A stretch of 57,382 nt of DNA from Octopus sinensis (GCF_006345805.1 NW_021833628.1:1-57382), one strand, 5' to 3'; shown: positions 11,677 to 25,193, numbered from the stretch's first letter. The notes: a model not told the origin generated them from the letters alone. Made by a program: numbers and translations.

Positions 11677-11680
<4 letters not shown>

Positions 11681-11853
11681 CGCATATTTGCCATTTGAAT
11701 ATGGCTAACCCCTAAGAGTGGATGCTACTGTAGTTTGTAGCACCAGGAAGATACCTCCTCCAGCTGGCTATAGGAGGTATCTTCCTGGGGCTACAAACTA
11801 CAGTAGCATCCACCCTTAGGGGTAGCCATATTCAAATGGAAAATATGCGTCAC
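11677..11853. repeat. Fold-back inverted repeat, 83/82-bp arms, 12-nt loop, starting directly at (TA)n
   Basis: GTGACGCATATTTGCCATTTGAAT...GATACCTCCT / AGGAGGTATC...ATTCAAATGGAAAATATGCGTCAC; 3 substitutions and 1 indel between arms. Confidence 0.95.
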
Positions 11854-11896
11854 GATGTGTTACCGCTACTATTTATAACTCGCTCTGAGATTTATC

Positions 11897-11960
<64 letters not shown>

Positions 11961-12245
11961 TGTATGTATGTATGTATGTATGTATGTATGTATGTATCAG
12001 TTGTTGGCAGTTTCTCTAGTCTCGTATTTCGAGCAGCCAACAACTGATGAAGGGTCGTTGTTTATGTTTGATTTGTTTTCCATTTTTGTCTTTTGATGTT
12101 CGAAAGAATAGTTCCTGATGCATGTACTCGTGCTTCGTACTTTTTTGTTGTACACGTTTCATGACGTCTTGTGCCCATACATGCATATATTATACGTATA
12201 GATCTAAATAGTATATACGCATGTATATATGCATATATGTATATA

Positions 12246-13257
12246 CTAGCAGTATCGCCGGCGTTGCTCGGTTGTAAGGGAAATAACTATATGCCATTTT
12301 TAGAGAGTTATAGCAAAAAAGTAGCAAAAAATGCATTAAAAATTGAAAAAAAATTAAGGTAAATTTTTCTTTAAATCGTTGACACATCGTAGATATTTTT
12401 AGAGAGTTACTTCCCTATATAAAGCGAAAAAATGCATTAAAAATTAAAATATGATGGTAATTTTTTTTTAAATCGTAGACTCATCGTAGACGCGCGCTAA
12501 TACCCAGAAGGGCTCGTTTGTTATTCTGGGTAACTTCTTTAAAAAATTATTAAAATGTTGTTCAAACATCTTAGAGAAATGGGTTATTAGCTAATATTCA
12601 ATTGGGTATACAACAAAATTTTACGATAGAATTTGTTATTCTGGGTAACTTCTGTAACCATAATAATATGTATGGCAAATAGGCCTTAATTTCATTTAGG
12701 TTGAGGGAAATAACAAACTATCCTTTCTTTCGGTTTGTTTACGTTTAGCGTTAATGATTTCAATAGGCTCATTCGAAAAAAAAGTAAATAGAAAAGTGTA
12801 AGGCTTTACTCTTCTGGGAAAGTCTGTGGCTTGGTCCAGTTTCTTCAGAAACTCACCGAAAGAAACAGTTTTTAAATTTTCACTCCATTCAGGTGCCAAT
12901 TCGTTTTCTTTATCGCTGTCGGATTCACTGTTTTCACTTTAATAGCTGCCAACTTGCAAAGACAAAGGAAGAGAAGGGTGATAGCGTCAGTGAAACAATT
13001 CGCTCCCTTGGTGTGTGTGTTGCGTTTGCGTGGGTGTAAACCAGACTAAGAAAAGCATTTGACACACCACACCAGAATGTGAGTTTTCTGTAAATTTTGC
13101 TTAATTGGAGTTTAAATTTTAAAAACTGGACCTGGCATGACGCGATGCATGGTACTCTTAAAATTGCTAGGTAAATTGTAATTGAAGAAATCCTATATTG
13201 TAGATTTCTATAACTCCCAAAGGGAGGCAGATAAAATCTGCCTTTTATAATAAGAGA
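12246..13257 (-). mobile_element. Non-autonomous Helitron (possibly composite)
   Basis: Minus strand starts A|TCTCTTATTATAAAAGG and ends with a CCGAGCAACGCCGG hairpin followed by CGATACTGCTAG|T, the canonical TC...hairpin-CTAG ends in an AT target. Its 3' ~270 bp match 15205-15589 and 51127-51506. Confidence 0.85.
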
Positions 13258-13427
13258 TATATATATTATATATATATATAATATATATATTATATATATT
13301 AACTATTTTTTATTATGACTGAACGACACGTACCCTCTACCAAATATATATATATACATACACACACAAAACAACACACACACACACAACATACATATAT
13401 ATATTATATATATATATATATATATAT

Positions 13428-13459
<32 letters not shown>

Positions 13460-13469
13460 CCGACGATCT

Positions 13470-13548
13470 ACTCGCCCTAAATGCCATGCAGTAAGACTGA
13501 ATCCGGAACCATGTGGTTTGGAAGCAAGCTTCTTACTACACAGCCACT
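13470..13548 (-). mobile_element. Family A SINE head fragment
   Basis: GAATCCGGAACCATGTGGTTTGGAAGCAAGCTTCTTACTACACAGCCACT matches the reverse complement of the family A head. Confidence 0.75.
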
Positions 13549-13865
13549 ATATATATCTATATATATAGATATATTATATATTATATATATTATACATATA
13601 TATATATATATATTATATATATATATATATATATACACATATGTATATATAAAGCAAATGTGTACACTCAGACCGATACAATCGCGAGTGCACTAACAGA
13701 GATATGTCTATAGTGCTCTCGTGTAAAAAAAAAAAGAGCTTAACATATTGACAGTCACTACAAAAATCCCTACATTCATTTTGCATCAATCTTTTTTTGT
13801 TAATCGTTGGAACTGACCAGTTTTAACAATGTTTTATTATTTGTTGCTACCGACATCCATATCTC

Positions 13866-13992
13866 GGACACCCCCACCACCACCATTACCACCACCACCA
13901 CCACCACCAACACCGCCACCACCACCATCACCACCACTACCGCCACCACCATCACCACCATCTCCATCAACACCACCAATACTCCCGTACTT

Positions 13993-14023
<31 letters not shown>

Positions 14024-14025
14024 AT
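13866..14025. repeat. (CAC)n plus (TAC)n trinucleotide tract
   Basis: Seen directly. Confidence 0.9.
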
Positions 14026-14166
14026 GATTATTGATATATACATATACAAATGCACATGCGTATAGGACTATAGAATATATATATGTACATATATGCTTAT
14101 GTATATATACGTACATGTTTGTGTACATATGAATATAGATATATGTATATATACATATATGTATAT

Positions 14167-14205
<39 letters not shown>

Positions 14206-14371
14206 TGCATATGTATCGGTATACATACATACATACACACACACAAACGCACAGATGCGCACAGATATATTTATACAGTCATATATACATAAATATGTAA
14301 ATTATTGCATATGTACATATATTTGATACATGAAATATATATGTACGCTAGTGAATGTGTATATGGATGTG

Positions 14372-14421
<50 letters not shown>

Positions 14422-14551
14422 TTAATATACAGGTATGTATATAGGTATACATATACGCATACGTATATATCTGTATATATAAATATATATATACATATAT
14501 ATAAATATATATATATACATACATATATGCATATGCATCAATATATACGTG

Positions 14552-14582
<31 letters not shown>

Positions 14583-15204
14583 GTGTGTATCCCTATTCTT
14601 TTCACTGCAGGTTTAGTTACGCAATGTCTTGCATTATGTTGCTAAATATGGCAACACAATGGAATGGCTGTCAAATTCCACGTCCAAAAATCTTCTCTAA
14701 ATGTCCAAATGATGGGATTCTTTACATATCACACACATCGTTCATTAGTTCTTACTAGATTATATATTTGAGAGGTAAAAACCAATATATTTCCCATGCC
14801 AATGACGTGTTTTAATAACAGTATTATAACTGATCGTAAAATTAAGCTTGGAAATCCAGGCAGAAATAATTTAAGATAAAGAAAATGACAAGGCAAAAAT
14901 AAAAAAGAGAAATACAAAAGAATAAAACCATTGCTTTAATATGTCGACTAAAATTAGGGAAATCTTAGCTGTTGGTGGGAAAAGGATAATATACTGTTAT
15001 TGTTCTCAGTATTGGTGTTGTTATGTAATTCCAGCTCAATCAAAATCATGTAGAACTCTATGACAAGATTTTCCATTCGTGAGCCTAAATGAGGGAAGTT
15101 GTCCATTTTAAGAATTTTGGTAGAATCAGCGTGATTTGAGTGCCGTTCGGCTGCGGTTTGTAGAACGTCCATGAAGTTTCACTCGTTGGCTGTGAAATGA
15201 TATA

Positions 15205-15589
15205 TCTTTATATATAAAAGTAAGGTTGTGTGTCAGTCTACTTCGATTTAGATTCCTAACTACTCCCACATTTTGCGGTGCAGTTTAACCAAAACCGGGT
15301 ATCTTATAGTTGTGATTCATATCGAGCCCTTCTGGGTATTAGCGCGCGTCTACGATGAGTCTACGATTTTAAAAATAATTTACCATAATTTTTTCCATTT
15401 TAATGCATATTTTTTAAAGGGAAGTAACTCTCTAAAATGTCTACGATGAGTCAACGATTTAAAAAACAATTTACCATCATATTTTTTCCATTTTGAATGC
15501 ATTTTTTGCTATTTTTTGGCTATAACTCTCTAAAAATGCTTTATAGTTATTTCCCTTACAAACCCGAGCAACGCCGGGCGATATGCTTG
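15205..15589 (+). mobile_element. Non-autonomous Helitron
   Basis: A|TCTTTATATATAAAAG 5' end; 3' CCCG-AGCAACGC-CGGG hairpin (15563-15578) then CGATATGCTTG|T (CTAG mutated to CTTG); internal ~105-bp duplication. Confidence 0.88.
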
Positions 15590-16369
15590 TATATATATAT
15601 ATATATAATATATTATATATATATATATATTGAGAGACTTAGAGGCAGTATTTTGGTATTATGTGGTATAGTAAACAGACTTAAATGTTAAATGATCAAT
15701 TCAGTCTGGTTGTGAACGGAACACATTTACAGCCTAAACATCTGCGAAAGAAATGAATAATTTAAATTATTAAAGATTTAAATCATACTTTAAAGACTAA
15801 ATCAAAGTTTACACAACATATTTAAGTTCATTCCGAACGTAGAAAAAGTTTTACCAATACCTGATACACGAGTTAATGATAAACTATTATTGGTTTACTG
15901 TGTAAGTGAGCTGGTAAACTAACAAATCTTCTCAGCTGTTTACCTAACTTTTCCATGCCAACAAAGTCACTTGATAAATTTCAAGGAAAGATACTGCATG
16001 TAGGATGTCTTTTATAATGTATGTTGAATTAATTTAATCATTCGTCAATATCTCTCTCTCTTTCTATACAAACACACACACATACATATATGTATATATA
16101 AGGAGGTTGTAATGAAATATGATGCTTTAAGAATTCTAGTTGTAATAACCTATACCTTCAGTGTTTTTTTAACGCTTATTTAAATCAATAATTAATTTTA
16201 TTTTTACAGATATATCTTGTTACCCCTTAACAAGGATATTAACTTTTCTTTTTCGAATCCTCTTAAAGCTTTATGTCTAACTTATAAATATCTTGTTTTT
16301 CGCTTCGATTCTAAGCACGCAATAGCGTAAGTATCCAAAAAGTTTCATTTTTTTTTTTTTACCTAAATA

Positions 16370-16879
16370 TTGGGTTGTTCGGAAAGTTCGTGCCGATTTT
16401 AAAAGAAAGAAAAAGGTCAATAAATACTTACCATTACATTTTTAATCAACCAAATATGAAGCATTTTGTTGCACAATGCGTCTCCATCTTTCCTTTAACA
16501 TGAAAATACCCTTCATCAAGGTATCTTTTTACGTCATCCAAGAAATTGAAATTTTTACCATTAAGACTATTCTGCAGAGGCTTGAATAAGTGGAAATCCG
16601 AAGGAGTAATATCTGGTGAATATGGAGGGTAGGGTAATACATCCCAGTCTGGTTCCTAAAGCATCAGGTGCTGAAAATGAACTTTCTTATCTTTCATTTT
16701 AAAGGCTTACAGAATTAACACAGGTTATAGGAACATAAACCTTCTTCCAGGAAAAGATAGCTTAAACTGTGCTCTAAATGGAGGTGTAGTGAAATCCTAT
16801 TTTATGGATTCAACCATGTTCTAAAATAAGTCAAAATGTAAGCTACTATAAATCGGCATGAACTATCCGGACAACCCAA
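16370..16879 (-). mobile_element. Complete 510-bp mariner deletion derivative (MITE-like) with both TIRs and TA TSD
   Basis: TA|TTGGGTTGTTCGGAAAGTTCGTGCCGATTT ... AAATCGGCATGAACTATCCGGACAACCCAA|TA; interior homologous to 6510-6970. Confidence 0.93.
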
Positions 16880-17421
16880 TATTTTGCTGTTACTATAGCT
16901 AAAATTACATTTATTTATTTTCCTCAATGTTTACTGAGATCAGTTTCAGTTTAAATACAAGAATTCATTATATTAATTTCTCCACTTTTCTATTCTCGCC
17001 TTCCTCGGTCTTTCTGTACGATTTCGGCCACTTCGACTACTACTAGATACAGTTACCTTCTGATTCCCCTTGGTGGTTTGAAAACGTGAGGCGTACTTCT
17101 CTGTAGCTATGTAGTACTATGATCGATTAAATATGAATCGATTACTATGCAGAACTACAGAATCTGAGGACCGTATGATACTCGTATGAGAGAAACACGT
17201 GTCGGTGTTTTAAATGTTGTAAACAATTCAGTAAAGATGTGTAAATCTCTATTCTTCATTGTGTACATTTAAATATACTCTGGAATATTATCAGAAATTC
17301 TTCGAAACGAATTATGAATTTACTAATCGAACATGAGTACGATTGTAATTGTATATAAATTTCTATCTATCTATCTATCTACTATCTCTCTATCCTCTCT
17401 CTCTTTATATATGTATGTATG

Positions 17422-17455
<34 letters not shown>

Positions 17456-18788
17456 TGTATGTATGTATGTATGTATGTATGTATGTATATTTTAACAGAA
17501 TGATGGTACCTTTTTTTATTATAATGTTATCCTGTTACTTACAAATAGTTTTTTAAAATTCAAATTTGATCCTTAGTTGCAATATTTTAAGTAAAACTTT
17601 TCTTGTTCTGTACTTTACCGGATGTAATTACTTGTCCTGTACTTTTCCAGATCTAAAATCTTGAGAATATTAATTCTCATGCTCGCATTTTTCCATGTAA
17701 TCTATGCTTTTTTTTTTCCAGACTATGCTATTATGCTAATTAATAATGTGCTAAATGTGTCAATTAGCGGTCGCATTGATAATTTTTTTCCTTTCTAAAA
17801 TGATTCCGGTGACATATATTAAAAATCCCCTAGAAATATATTCATAAAAAAGTATAGAACTATATTATCACCCTCAAATTTGAGAAATGAACATGCTAAT
17901 AACTTTTTTCTTTTAAAACTTGATTGCGTGAGATTGATACCATGAAATTCCTCGAATTGAGCGCTATCATTTAAGCTGAATTAAAATATAGTTAGTTTTT
18001 AAAATAAAAAAGTTAATTATACTTAAATCCAATTGTTCGCCTTATATTTATTTCATGATATTTTTACCTCTCAACTCATTTGATACAACTTTTTGTTGCA
18101 TGGGACAAAAACTATGAAGCTCTCACGCTTTCTTATGTCATTAATACAGTGGCCTTACATATAACATCGCTACAAATTTTGATGTAAACGTTTTTCTACT
18201 GAACCAAATCTCAATTTTTTTAATGCCAAAATGTAGCTAGGGACCGGTGCTCTTCGAAAATGTTAACGGTATTACATTTGGTTGAGAACTGAATTAGCGA
18301 CAAGCTCTGAAAAATACTGCATGTGAGTAAATTGCGACCTTGGGAATATCATTCAGCTACTATCGTAGTTTAATGATATATATATATAAGATCCAGGAAT
18401 CGAGGTATAGAAAGAAAGTTAACTTCAAGCAATCGGTAGTGAATATAAAATCAACTTTCAGGGACAAGAGTGGTTTTGTTGAGACGGAAGGTTTAGATTT
18501 TTTCCGTATCGATGTATGATAAACTGAATCAAGGCATCTTTCATATTTAATCAAGATATCCCTGGCCTGAAGTGTAGCTCAGTATAAACCTCGCTTAGAT
18601 ATTTACCACTTCTCAGGTTCCGCTACGCTATGAAACATATGTAGTCCTTAGCTCTTATACATACATACACACATGCATACACACACACACAATATATATA
18701 TATATTATATATATATATTATATATAATTATATATATATATAATATATATATATATTATATTTATATACGTATACATATACATAATAC

Positions 18789-18853
<65 letters not shown>

Positions 18854-18869
18854 TGTATGATTATATAGG

Positions 18870-19062
18870 CGTCAACTAAATGTGATTAAGGATGTCAAAA
18901 CACCTACATTGCTAGAAACAAGAGCTAAAATGCTCCAATGTTGTTAAAAATAACATCATATATTCTGATAGGAGCTGGTGCTTCATAACAATATTGGTGC
19001 ATTTTAGCTATTATTTCTAGCAATGTAGGTGTCTTGACACTATTAACCACGTTTAGTTGACG
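18870..19062. repeat. Fold-back / MITE-like inverted repeat, 77-bp arms (~87% identical), 39-nt spacer
   Basis: CGTCAACTAAATGTGATTAAGG...CCAATGTTGTTA / TAACAATATTGG...CCACGTTTAGTTGACG; I count 10 mismatches in 77 nt. Confidence 0.9.
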
Positions 19063-19379
19063 ACTATAATCCTCCTTTACGTTTTAACATTGCAACTAGC
19101 TGTTTTTTATTAATTTACACACACACACACATGACCCACAATAATGCTGAACTTAAGTTTTGGTTCGATAAATCATTTTCGATAACGCATGTGTACGCAT
19201 GCGTACACGTACACTTAAAACCAAATACACACCCACATACGCAGCAGGACACAAGGAGCACGCATACACATACAACGGATGATCATTCCGTGTCCATACA
19301 CACTATTTTCAAACATGCGTGTGTATGAGTGTGTGTTTGTGTGCGTGTGCGGCCGCGTGTGCCTCTATCTACATTTTTA

Positions 19380-19484
19380 TTCTCATATATACATGAGGAC
19401 GCTTCCATGTACATAAACAGGTGCATGTAAACACGCACACATAAATATATATGTATATAAATATATATATATTATATATATATA

Positions 19485-19529
<45 letters not shown>

Positions 19530-19540
19530 ATATATATATA

Positions 19541-19591
<51 letters not shown>

Positions 19592-19645
19592 GGGGAGAGT
19601 TTAGGAAAAAACAGAAGACGTATTAGTATATATATATAATATATA

Positions 19646-19686
<41 letters not shown>

Positions 19687-19722
19687 TACATACATACATA
19701 CATACATACATACATACATACA

Positions 19723-19810
<88 letters not shown>

Positions 19811-19862
19811 CTTTATATGTGTAGAAACACACAAGCATACATAGACACACAGGCATACATAC

Positions 19863-19918
<56 letters not shown>

Positions 19919-20170
19919 GCATACAAGTTATTGGGTGCATGTACGTATGTGCGTATTAGAACATGTTTTGTTTGGATTCGAATGATGCATGCGAGTTTAT
20001 CGGTGCAAAGATCTTCAGCAAATATTCTTAACTTGGTCACTGGAATCAAGCGTGACCGCCCTAAGAAGATTAATGGTCACTAGAGTTAATAACATTCGAC
20101 ACGCTCCGTTTGTAAATACGTGTGGACAAATACATACGTGCACATACTTGTATACATACATATATATATA

Positions 20171-20207
<37 letters not shown>

Positions 20208-20264
20208 TATACAAAAACTCAAACACGTATATATATGTATATGTATATGTGTGTGTTTGTGTGT

Positions 20265-20329
<65 letters not shown>

Positions 20330-20618
20330 GGACAGGGACTGAGAGACGGAGAGATAGATGGATGGATTGACGGTAAGTTAAAGATGCACACACATACATA
20401 CACACACGCACATACACACATATATATATATAAATATACATACAAGTATGTAATACCTACTCACGTACATATGCATACACATACAAATACATATGTACGT
20501 ATCTACCATCGCGCATATGTATATGTACGTGAATACATGCATATATATGCATATATATATATATATATGTATGTTTGTATACATATATATACACATGCAT
20601 ACATATATATATACATAT

Positions 20619-20651
<33 letters not shown>

Positions 20652-20760
20652 CACATGTATGTATAAATGTATTTATGCATATATGGATATATACATGTAT
20701 GTATGTGTGTGTGTATGTATGTTTGTATGTATGTGAGTTTATATAAAAAAAAGTACATGC
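19380..20760. repeat. Large compound (TA)n/(TACA)n/(CA)n low-complexity region
   Basis: Seen directly; interrupted by short unique stretches. Confidence 0.85.
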
Positions 20761-21324
20761 CCTTAAATAATTGTTAAACAATAGTTCTCTCAGCCAGAAA
20801 CTCAGAACTCAGAACTATGAGAGACGAAGTTTATAAAGAAATATGAGAAAATAAAAATAAAACAATTTTTAAAAACCCCAGAAAAAACTTCGAAGGCTAT
20901 CAATTTAATCTTCGTGTTGCCAGTGTTTTAGTGATCTTGTCTCCAGAATGATTTTTGGGCATCATAATCAATTGATACCACATTATCCTCTGTACCAACA
21001 TGTGTCCCCAGAGTATCTCTTGTGTCGTGTCTAACATTAAATATATATGGCAGATATTGTCTTAACACCTTATACTTAGATATTCTCTTAATACCTTATA
21101 CATCTGTGTGTGTGTGTGAGCGTTTAGCGTTAATTGTTGGGAAAATGTCTATTCCATGATAGGGATTAATAATGTATTTTATTTTGGGCTTGTCAGTCAC
21201 TAGCAAGTGCAAGATTCCTTGCACCTATTAGTGAAACTCAGAGTAGCGAGGAGCTGACTGAATTAAAATCGTACACACATATGCGTGCGAGCACACACGC
21301 ATATTCATACATTAATATGTATTG

Positions 21325-21376
<52 letters not shown>

Positions 21377-21597
21377 ACATATATGTCTATGTGTGTTGTG
21401 TGCGTGTGTATGTATATATGTATATTCGTGGCGTGTTCATTAAATATTTTCCCTGACCCATTTTCGGTTATTGCAGGAAACGGAACTTGTACAGGTATGA
21501 AAATACATGCCTCTACATGTCACATTGTAAATTGCAGCTCTCCACTAGTATTCATTTGTCTTTTACGGGTGCTGAAGTGGACTAAGATGTTATACTG

Positions 21598-21822
21598 AAG
21601 GTAGCTGAATGCAGATCAGTGATCAGGTTCTTATACTTGAAACGTCGAACACCAAAATAAATTTTACATGGAATGAAAGAAGTTCATGGTGACAATGCAC
21701 AATCATACGTCATTGTCAAGCACTGGCATCACCAGTTCAAATGTGGCTGGACATTGGTGGAAACTGCTCCTATTTCTAGACAACCACATTCCACCATTGG
21801 TGACGACACCATCCATAAAGTT
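21598..21822 (+). pseudogene. Mariner transposase N-terminal HTH fragment (different family from 6510/16370)
   Basis: KVAECRSVIRFLYLKRRTPK*ILHGMKEVHGDNAQSYVIVKHWHHQFKCGWTLVETAPISRQP matches RxVIxFLxLxGxxPxEIxxxLxxVYGDxAxSYxxVxxWxxxFKxG..D.PRSGRP. Confidence 0.8.
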
Positions 21823-22478
21823 TGGTGTTTTAATGTGGTAATGTATTGTTGAACTTGTTCCAGAAACGGCCGTAGACTTTTTTAAAGATGACACCAAGGT
21901 TATATGATTCGCCAGAGATTTTGGCTGTTATTTCTAACACCTATTAAACACCCATGTAAATGCCTCTCTCGTTGTCACATAAAGCAAAACAAATTATGTA
22001 CATCTATTGGAGGAATTAATTATTTACAGCATCAACAACTTGCTTTACATCTGATCGGATGTGTTCCATGTTTAAATGAACCGGAAACCCGGTGGATTCT
22101 CTTGCTATACAGCAACATGTCATCTCGTTGCAAAAACTGGAAGGAACATAAATGAAAAAAAAAACCACTCCTCTATAAATTTTTGATGAAGGAATATGCA
22201 ACATCTCTCAGATTGCGTCAGACGTTAAACTATTAAAGAAACAAACATATTCTGTTGAGATGGCATTTTTTTATGGATATTCTTAATATAATTCTACTAT
22301 GGTTGTACATTTGTAATAAGTACTGAATACCGTTGGAGACATAATTTATTACACGCATGTTGTTCGAAGACAAATATTTGATAAACTATGGAATGAAATG
22401 AAAGACATAATCACTCTGGCATACAATATTTATACTGAGTTATTTGTAAGACAATCAAATGGTAAATAAATACTTTGC

Positions 22479-22528
<50 letters not shown>

Positions 22529-22969
22529 TATATTCATAGTTGTTTGTAACTTAATGCAATAAGATATTCTCTGATGATATGTTGTGCTTGAACAGCTAAA
22601 TTCACTTGGAGCACCAAATAGGGACTTGTTATATAAACTTGTGATTGACCTTATTTCTCTTACATACATATATAAGCACACACACACACACATACACACA
22701 CACATATATATATATTACTAGTGAAACATACCTATGTAGATGTATATACATACCTATGTAGATGCATGTATATCCCTATATATGTTTTCGATTTTGCTGG
22801 TTTCAGGCAAAGGCTTTGATCATTCTGGGTCACCACCTTTAGTGTAACTGCTTGTAATTGCGCACTTCCCGAATATCTTTTCGGAACACTTTCTGGTGGA
22901 GTAGAGTTTGACAGGACAACTCTTCTTTGTGTTCTCTGCAATAATGTGGATACCTATAAAGAATCTGGA

Positions 22970-23202
22970 ACATCCACAGCTACCCCTTACAGATCTCTGA
23001 GGTTGTTTGGCGGTATGTTGAAAAGTTGTCGGCCTTTGAAACACAAGCTGTTACAGTATAGTGTTCTTAATCTAGATGGGGAGGATGGATTTTTGTTACA
23101 ATGATGGTGGTTGATATAGTTTTCAAACATAAATTTGGGAGCTACACCTCCCAAGATGTACCATATAAATACCCCTGCACATCTTTTGCATCTTCTCTCA
23201 TG
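22970..23202 (-). mobile_element. CR1/L2-group LINE 3' coding fragment
   Basis: HERRCKRCAGVFIWYILGGVAPKF...PSSPSRLRTLYCNSLCFKGRQLFNIPPNNLRDL*GVAVDV resembles ERRRERYxxIYxWKILExxVPN...NSFxxxGPxLFNxLP..LRDL of CR1-group ORF2 ends. Confidence 0.65.
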
Positions 23203-23340
23203 GGGGTAAGAAGCTTGCTTCACAACTACATGGTTCAGGTTTCAGTATCACTGCATGGAACCTTGGGCAAGTGTCTTTTACTCGGACCGACCAAAACATT
23301 GGGAGTGGATTTGGTAGAACGAATGAAGCCTATCGTACAC
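23203..23340 (+). mobile_element. Family A SINE, 5' half, decayed
   Basis: GGTAAGAAGCTTGCTTC..CATGGTTCAGGTTTCAGT..ACCTTGGGCAAGTGTCTT..GAGTGGATTTGGTAGA. Confidence 0.75.
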
Positions 23341-23547
23341 ATACATACATACACACACGTGTGTGTGTATGTATTAAATTAGTTGATGGCAAACGTTTTG
23401 AATATGCAAATAATGCTCCTACTCCATTATGCGGGCCACAGTGATACTGACTAGTAAGCCAGTTTTTCGGGGTTGCATCAAGTAGGTCCGATGTTATATA
23501 TATATATATATATATATACTTACAAACATACATGCATACATACATAC

Positions 23548-23582
<35 letters not shown>

Positions 23583-24019
23583 GGAGTAAACACATAAATG
23601 TGAAACAAGGTGGAAAAAAGAGTACTCAAATACCAGTGGTAGAGTAATATGCTTTATTTAAAGCAGCGGAAAATTCAACAAAAAAAAAATATTATTCAAA
23701 AGAATTCCAACTCTATTTTTTTATGTTTTATTTATATTCTTTATAATATTAATGTAGAATATAGAATATATAGTATAAATAGTATATATAGTAAAATGAA
23801 ATGAAGTATTGATTGTCTTATTGAATGGATGAAATATTGAATATAAAATATCAAGGGACTAGTACACTTTCTTGCATTTAAGCAGTCTTCAAGGTCCCAG
23901 TTTGTGACAGGAATGTTTCAACTGTAGCTGACTGCCTGTCTTTTGTCCTTTATATACGTAATTGCGTATATGTGTGTGTATATATATATATATGAAAATT
24001 TGTACCTATGAGTGTATGT

Positions 24020-24228
24020 TTTTGCGTCTGTTTGTCCCCCACTCCCGCTTGACAACCAGTGTGGATGTGTTTAGTACACCGTAACTTAGAGGTTCAGCAA
24101 AAGATACCGATAAAATATATGCAATGCTTAAAAATTAAGGCTACGGATCAATTTGCTTGACTAAAATCCTCCAATGTGGTGCTCCAGCATAGCCGCAGTC
24201 AAATGAGTGAAACAGATAAAAGAAAGAT
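24020..24228 (+). mobile_element. Family A SINE, 3' half, decayed
   Basis: TTTGTCCCCC..GCTTGACAACC..CCGTAACTTAG..GGTGCTCCAGCATAGCCGCAGTCAAATGA.TGAAACA. Confidence 0.75.
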
Positions 24229-24724
24229 ACAAAATGTAATTGGGAGCAGCAACAACAACGACAACGATTGGTTTTATTTTATTTACGTCTTTGTAACTTA
24301 GCAGTTCGATAAAAGAGTCCGACAGAATACGTACTGGGCATAAAAATAAGTCTTCGGGTCTATTGATAAGTATTCGCAGGCTATAAAGTAAAACAATTAA
24401 AATAAATAAATAAATAAATTAATTAATTAATTAATGAATAAATAAATAAATAAAATCAAAGTAAAATATACAAGAAATATTTTTGTAAGAAATATTAATT
24501 TGTAGGCATTGCTCCAGCATGGCCTTAGACGTTAGTGATAAGGAAAATAAAATAAAGAATTAATCAGTATGAAGAAAAAGAACAAGTGTAACGGGAAGCA
24601 ACACAACTATTTGTAATATTCATTTATTTATTTATTTTAGTTGCTTTTCATTTAAAACATAATTGCATTGAAAATAAATCCCGAAAGAAAATAACAAAAA
24701 AGAAAGAAAAATGAACAAACGATC

Positions 24725-24771
<47 letters not shown>

Positions 24772-24799
24772 TGTATGTATACGTATGTGTGCTTGTTTG

Positions 24800-24836
<37 letters not shown>

Positions 24837-24867
24837 TATATATATATGTATTATATATATATACATA

Positions 24868-24951
<84 letters not shown>

Positions 24952-25162
24952 CACACACATGCATATTATGTATATCTATCTATCTGTCTAGCTATCAGTC
25001 TGTCTTTCTATGTATAGTGTAAGAGAAAAGTGAATGGAAAAGAGAGACGGCATAAGAAACAAACCCATGTGTTCCTATACTCAGATAGATATACATGCGT
25101 ATACATATATATATACACACACACATATATATATATATGTGTATGTATATATATATATATAT

Positions 25163-25193
<31 letters not shown>

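Noticed and set aside
14611-14758. Terminal exon after the TTCTTTTCACTGCAG acceptor (FSYAMSCIMLL...)
   Set aside because: Only an acceptor-like signal; the peptide is unrecognisable and no upstream partner exon is supported.
17099-17161. Interrupted hairpin (CTGTAG/CTACAG, ATCGATT/AATCGAT)
   Set aside because: Short, broken stems that are expected by chance in AT-rich DNA.
22016-22204. Continuation of the 21598 mariner on the minus strand
   Set aside because: No DD34D motifs (WVPH, YSPDL) are detectable.
22561-22600. Hammerhead at CTGATGA (22571)
   Set aside because: Downstream reads TTGAACAG, not GAAA, and helices I and II do not pair; at best a dead remnant.
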